Of a DNA stretch of 64,000 bases, positions 58,186 to 64,000 are shown piece after piece (positions within the stretch are counted from its first letter, which is position 1; every line of letters begins with the position of its first letter). The notes beneath the pieces were generated by a model. That model had not been told where the DNA came from. It saw only the letters and a list, made by a program, of their open reading frames with translations, and did no database searches. Origin of the DNA: Oikopleura dioica (taxonomy: Eukaryota; Animalia; Chordata); assembly GCA_907165135.1 (NCBI GenBank), contig OU015568.1:6014001-6078000 (forward strand), read 5' to 3'. The position numbers were made by a program, and so were the translations under genes.

Positions 58186-60081
58186 CTGTCTTGTAGAAAA
58201 TCGTCAGCTCTACAATTCCTGTGTTTCAGATTTTTCATTTGGGCTTTCAAAAATTATGTGCGCTCTTTTGAAAAGAGAGTTATTCTCGCCCGCACCAAGA
58301 GCAGCGAGAGAAATATTCAGCGGAGAGGCGCGAGAAGAAGTAGCGCTCTTTACAAATTGCGATGTAAAATTAATGAAAGCTTAAAACAAAAATCTGAAAC
58401 ACAGGAATTGTAGAGCTGACGATTCTCTACAAGACAGTCTAATTTTCAAAAAATTTGGATGAAAAATTATGGAGAAAATGTCATTTGAAAGAAACTGGCA
58501 TTTTTCACATTGTTCCTCTTTGAAAATTGATTTAATTTTCGATCAGTTTATAGAAGAGACTTTGAGGTTTCCGAATCTGTTTAAATCTCGAAAAGTCTCG
58601 ATCCGTTCAGATTTTACGGCCTCGTGAGAAATAGGTTCTTGCGGAGCGCGGATCGAGCGAGCGGCGCTGCGCCGATGTATACCATTACCCTTAAAAACAA
58701 CTTAACGAGTTAACAGTTAGACGATGCTTGATGCGCTCAGAGACGAGTAAATCGATGTGAAAGCAAGTCATTTTGATAAGAATCATGGGATGTTTACCTT
58801 TCTTGATCGCGGCTGAGTTGTCAACTTCTCAAGATCGACTGGCTTCAAATCTGTATCTACGCAAATATAACGGCCAGCTCCGATCTGCAAATTATCAGCT
58901 CTTTGGAAAAATAAGAATCAAACATAAATTAACAATTTTCTTGAACAATCTAAAGAAGCAAAAAAAAGCAGTAGTATTCTCATTTTAAAACTCTTCGATG
59001 GCTATTTCTAAAGTGTTTATTTATCAAATTTCGATACTGTCATATCTCCAGGCAGTTATGAATATGAGTGTTTGAAAGCCGCGCTAGAATCATCAAAGTA
59101 TCAAGGTCATATCGAGTTCGCATTAAAAAATCGTTACCAACGCGTCGGAGACCTCGACGCGATGCTAGGTGAAATGAGTTTGGTTTTCATTACATTCGTA
59201 GTCGACAAAAGCGCGATCTTTTGCAATAAAAGATCAAAAGACGAGGGTTCTTGAAAATAGAAATGTAGGTAGAAATAACAACGGTAATCGCCGGGGCAAA
59301 GGTAGAAGTCGCGAAAAAACGATGGTGATTACTATGAAAATATTGCGCGTAAAATAAAGTTTTTATAGGGTTGTTTAAACTTTTTTAAAATTGCTCTTTC
59401 GTAACTTTAAAATGAACCTTTTTCTTAGTTTAGAAGATTTTGAGAACAGCTAGTCTTCAAAAAAGAAAACAAGCTGAGAAAGGAAGAATATTTCGCAACA
59501 CGTTCTACCCCCGGTAAAAAAAAGCATAATAGTGGCTCGTCAAAAATTTGGTTAATGTTGCACAGGCTGACGACTCGTTAGAAGGAATGGCGTTCGCTGT
59601 AAGAATGCGGTAAACGTTTGTCTCAGCCTAATAGAGTTACTGTCACGGACAATCGTCATGATCTGATTCCTCAAATGCTCGTGTACAGATGGACAAATTT
59701 CATTTCGACATCATGAAATTTACAAAAAAAAGTTCATGTTCAATATTTTGTGATAACGAACATCTGTAATCCCGAAGCAAAAAAATGTTGACGTTTATAG
59801 AATCATTTCGGCATGAAGACCGTTACGTATCATGAAATCGTGGATCTATATTTGAATTAGCCGATCTGAGTGTACTTTGAAATGACACGTTCGATTAGAA
59901 TCTTGAAAAAGATGAACATATATTATTTCCAACTTCACGGTTTAGAAGGAACATCTCGGTTTCGTTCAAATAATTCAGCGTCCATATCAAAATGTTACCA
60001 GCGACAATTCCGATCAAAACCAACGTCATTGCCAATATAAAAGTCAAAGTGTCTGGATAAGAAAGAAGACCAAATATAAAC

Positions 60082-61162
60082 ATGAAAATCTTAAGTGTTT
60101 TGTTGATTTCTTCAAGTGCACAGGACTACGATTCATTGGCTGGCGCACTTGGCGCGATATCCCTTGAAGAGTTCGCATTGCCAGACGAATTTGTTGCTGA
60201 AACTGACCTTGAGGAAGCAATTAATAAAGCTCTCGATGCCCTCGTTGTCGAAGCTACTGAAAATGAGGTCGACGCAGAGGTAAGATATTTCGGGCTAGCT
60301 TCCGCGACGACGACCACTACAACGCCAGGAACAAATACAACAACTCAATCTCCGGGAAGCGGTTGCTTTAAATGCGATGCTATGTCGATGACTTTATGTG
60401 CCGTTTCTGGAGTGTTCGAAACTTGTGAAGGAGAAAGCAGCAGCTGCTTCATCGAAGCCCGAGAGGTTAATCAACAGCTGACCCAGCTCTGCACTGGCTG
60501 CAAAAATCCACAGGCATGCTATAATTTACAACAAAGTAATTTTATAGGAACGTACCTACACCACCAATGCAAACCTCACTATGCTCAGCAGCAGGTTGGG
60601 CGGTGGAACTCCTGGTTATTCAATTTTCGGGAAAAACTCTCAACAACGAATATATCTTAGGTAACAATTCGATTCAGTACGATTTCGCCGCTCAGAAAAC
60701 GAATCTTGTTGCTCGTGGTCACTTTGATAATCCCATCTCTTCGTATTCTGGTTCAGAAGCAAACCCTATCGGACTCGGGAACCCAACTTGGGCGGTCCAT
60801 GATGAAACAAGTTCTATCAACATGAGGATGGATCCGTCTTTTCTGGACATAACTCAATGGAATCTCTACTTTGCGTCTTCGAATGCATCACCAAACGATT
60901 GTGTTCAACGAGGAAAAGATCACCCAAAAGCTCTGCCATTCGTGACCATGAATTCTGACAATGAGAGCGTCGCGATTTCTCCAACAACTACTGGAAGAGA
61001 TCAAAGACGTAAGTTGCATTTATTCCTACATAAAACTAAAGTCTGCTCTTAGATATGGTATACTGGGGTGTTCTTGGAGCCCCAAAGTCATGGTGTAAGT
61101 CTGATTTGAGGCAAATTCAAGCTGAAATACGATCGGGTGGAGCTTCGAAAGTTATGCAGTAA
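60082..61162 (+). CDS. Secreted Cys-rich oikosin-like protein (probably incomplete)
   Basis: Signal-like N-terminus, acidic region, Thr run, then CFKCDA...C...CFIEAR...LTQLCTGCK...AC...NF...QCKP; short introns; stop at 61160-61162. Confidence 0.55.
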
Positions 61163-61297
61163 AGACATGCGTAGTAGTTGCTTGCTTTTATAATGTTTCT
61201 ATATGTCAAATAAATTCACTCCGAAAATTTTCCTTTTTTTTCGGATTTTATTGCGGAGAACTTTGGCGAGTGAAAAGCGTAGAAGACAGATTGATGC

Positions 61298-61756
61298 TTA
61301 AAAGTTGAATATATTTTTCTTTTTTGCTTCTGGTTCTGCCGCCATCTGGTTGAGTTCGCGGACGCCTTCAAGCACGTACCTGACTTCCGCTTTTGCCCCG
61401 CAGATTTCTTCAGTGAGCGCGCTGACTTTTGCCTCGAGCAGTTCTTCTTTCTTTTTACAGTGGTCCCGTGCTTCAACTTGGGTCAGCTCAAGAAACACTC
61501 CGTGTCCAAAATTCACAGCAACTAGCTCACAGTTATCGATTTCGGCATCGCAGTAGAAGTTATTTCCCAAATCAGCCTTTGTTCTTATATTTCCTTTACG
61601 CCCACTGGAGATGAATTTTTCCATCGTCTCGAATAACCGCCGATATTCAGATTGCTCTTTAATCACTTTGTCACGGTAGATCTACAGCTCTCTGATCTTC
61701 GGACGGAGATTAAAGTTGACATGCTTTTCGAAGGAGGTGATCTTTTCACTGCTCAT
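61298..61756 (-). pseudogene. UXT: UXT prefoldin-like protein with a premature stop
   Basis: MSSEKITSFEKHV...REL*IYRDKV...ADLGNNFYCDAEI...VNFGHGVFLELT...VLEGVREL; TAG at 61682-61684. Confidence 0.85.
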
Positions 61757-61890
61757 GATCTAAAAGAAATACTTGAAATCAACAAAGAGAATTCTTAGTT
61801 TCTAAATGTATTTGAACCGAGGATACAGTTCTAAGGGACAGGGCAGTAAACAAAGCTGAGCTGACATCAATTGCAAGTCTATAAATTTGT

Positions 61891-64000
61891 CTAGAATTTG
61901 AAGTCTTTATACTTCTTGGATTTCTGGTCGGAGTTGTTTTCCGGTTTTTTTTTTCTCTTTCGATCGCGAGCGGTTTTGTTCAAGTGCTCGGCCATTATAT
62001 CACTCAAAAATGTTCAGGCAAAGGCCTTTCTCCTAAATTTTCCTCATATCCAGTGCCTCCACCACCGCCTCCAGAGGTCGCCGAGCGACTCTGGTACTTG
62101 GAGGCGAGCGCCGCAGGATCCAAGTCAAGATCTTTGGGGTTGATGGCGACTTCTCTGCCTTTAGCGGCCTTGAGATTGTAGAGATGATCGGTACCCATCA
62201 TGCCCTTGCCGACAGCCGCCTTCTTCTCCTCGAGAACTTGATAGAGTGGAGGAGGGTTGGACATATCGACAGCCTTTTGAGGCTTTCGTAGTTCCATCGG
62301 GGTGTCACTTCCGGCAGGAGGAGCCTCTGACGTGATTCCTTCAAGTTTTTATTATGCTGATAATTTTGACAAAAAGGCTTACCGCTGGGAGTCATGAGAC
62401 CATCAGCGATCTGAGAAGCAGGATTAGCTTGAGTAGGGACACGAGTTCCATCCTGGTCTCCCTCATCTTCAGATTCTTCCTCAGAGCCTTCGTCTGAGTC
62501 GGACTCGTCAGAATCGCTCTCCATCTCGCCCCAAAGAGCTTCAGAAAGCTTCTAAGCTTCGTATCGAGTGTCATCAATATCAACGCCGAAGACATCACCA
62601 TACAAAGGTCTTCCTCGCTCGTCGACTAATGCTCGCTAGCCGAACGAGCAGCCTGAAGGAATGGGTGCGTTGAGACCGGAGTTTTAAGATTGGGGTAGCT
62701 AGGGGGAGGTCCGTATCGCTGCATGGCAATAAGCTATGGTGGGGGGGACCTTGTGCGCGTTATTGCCTGTTTGCGATCGATAATTGAGCATAAAATTATC
62801 TTTTAGATGTGATTATTATCGACCGTTTCCTAGAGGCATTCCTAAAGCGGTTCGTAAATCATCCGTCAGCTCTCCGGGTTTCAACTCCCTCAAGCGCGTC
62901 TCATACTCTTTTCCCTTAATTGCACCGTTTATCATGCCACACTATGCGCTGAGTACCTCGTAGTAGAAATCTCCATGGCGGGTCATCTTCAGTTTAGTCT
63001 GATACCTGAAGAAGGCATCGCGAAGCTTTTGGTAATCGAGGTCGATTTTTCCGAGCTTTAGTCGAACTCGCTGTCGCACTTTTTTCTTCGTCGATTGTTC
63101 GGCTTCTTTTTGTTGAAGCGCCTCTCGCATTTCCATGATTCCAGAAACTCGGGGAGCTCGAATGGGGGCTCTTCAATACCACGCTTTGCGGAGAGATATT
63201 TTCGCTGAATCAAGTTGGGTGAACTTGTTCTAAATCATATCTAGTTCACCTTGTAAGACCAATGACGTGGTACAGGGACGCTATTACGGCCAGATTTTAG
63301 GAGGACAGGAAGCTTTGGATCCATGGCTAAATGAAAAAGTTTAAAATGTTTGGGGATAATATCTTACAAGTAACATCGTGCATTTCAATAAGATCAGGTC
63401 GTTCGACAATCTGCTTCAACTCGGCAACAGTCAGCCTTGATTGTTTTTTGAGCTTCTTCTTTGAGAGTTTTTCCTTATCATCACCCTTTTTGTCGTCATC
63501 ATCCGAGTCTTCCATCATGTTATCATTCTCGTGGTCGACTGTTTGATAGCCTGAATATTAATTAGCTTCAAAAGAAGTCGTACTGAACTACCTGATTTCT
63601 TTTGCACTTCAGGCATCACCATCTCCGCTGCCCTAAACGCCTCGAAGACTCTTTTGAACTAGATGGATCCAAATCCGGCTCCTCGGCAATGTAGTCAATT
63701 TCAAAGCCCTTATCTGTCTTCTTTTTCGCGTTATTCTTGTCATTTCCAGAGTCGTTACCAGTCTCATGACCTGAGTCATTTTCACTGCGCTTTTCCTCTT
63801 TTCTTCGCTTTTTCTTGAGCTTTTTACGTTGAGCTTTCGTAAGTTGCTTGCCGTTTTCATCGATAAGAGCTACTTTTGGCTTTTCAGGAGCTAGGGCAGT
63901 CAGTTGAACTCCGATTTGACCTCTGGAGCTTCTTGCGTCCATCTAGCTTCTTCCCTCGTTCTTTCTTCGCCGCGCGTTCGCCTTCGCCTTCGCCGTCAAC
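61891..64000 (-). pseudogene. SF3B2: Splicing factor SF3B2 (SAP145), heavily disabled
   Basis: SRLTVAELKQ...HDVT, KIDLDYQKLRDAFFRYQTK...HGDFYYE, PPP*LIAMQRYGPPPSYP, PLYGDVFG, PLYQVLEEK, KYKDFKF. TAG at 62734-62736 for a conserved W, several frameshifts, loss of the YHAGGWGKPP segment. Confidence 0.92.

Larger units (their letters stand above)
51454..58655. mobile_element. Foldback element (about 285-bp inverted arms) whose left arm is split by the LTR retrotransposon
   Basis: 51454-51676 plus 58190-58248 together are the reverse complement of about 58373-58655. Confidence 0.85.

Noticed and set aside
59895-60083. GPCR TM1-like ORF (LIGIVAGNILIW)
   Set aside because: Only 62 codons of AT-rich sequence with no further TM segments visible.
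2057-62736. Stop-codon reassignment as the explanation for the many in-frame TAA/TAG/TGA codons
   Set aside because: The stops replace different expected residues (W, Q, K, Y), differ between paralogs (RSU1 TAG vs TAC), and co-occur with frameshifts and deletions. This fits random decay, not recoding.
2057-62736. RIP- or APOBEC-like hypermutation of duplicates
   Set aside because: Some lesions are G>A or C>T (W to stop, Q to stop, D to N), but others are transversions (K to stop, Y to stop). No clear bias can be claimed without donor alignments.

Overview
Eukaryotic DNA, most likely an appendicularian tunicate of the Oikopleura dioica type. This is inferred from 30-55 nt introns, operon-like gene spacing, TTAGGG telomeres, a Tor-like Ty3/gypsy element and an oikosin-like Cys-rich gene. 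The window is centred on two chromosome-end structures placed tail-to-tail across a 500-N gap (15625-16124). The left end is a 51-bp satellite (about 45 units) running into TTAGGG. The right end is (CCCTAA)n followed by a related but distinct 53-bp satellite (about 83 units). Both satellites look like decayed TTAGGG multimers, start at the same anchor base, and carry a perfect GCGTGGGCG (EGR/Zif268-type) 9-mer in every canonical unit. The two ends share an inverted subtelomeric duplication of about 3.5-3.9 kb (PTGES2-like, RSU1, GCP3 pseudogenes). The rest of the window is largely intron-retaining, disabled or truncated copies of about 20 housekeeping genes, including BRAP, KDM1B, ZDHHC16-like, SLCO, SLC7A9-like, PLC, kinesin-14, SLC35A2, MCM4, POGLUT2/3, UXT and SF3B2. 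Several are fused at palindromic or templated junctions typical of microhomology/Pol-theta repair. There are also many TTAA- or TIR-bounded MITEs and two copies of one young LTR retrotransposon family (one full length, 51677-58185, with TA...CA LTRs). All homology calls are from motif recognition by eye; no searches were run. Single-base frameshifts may be long-read assembly errors.
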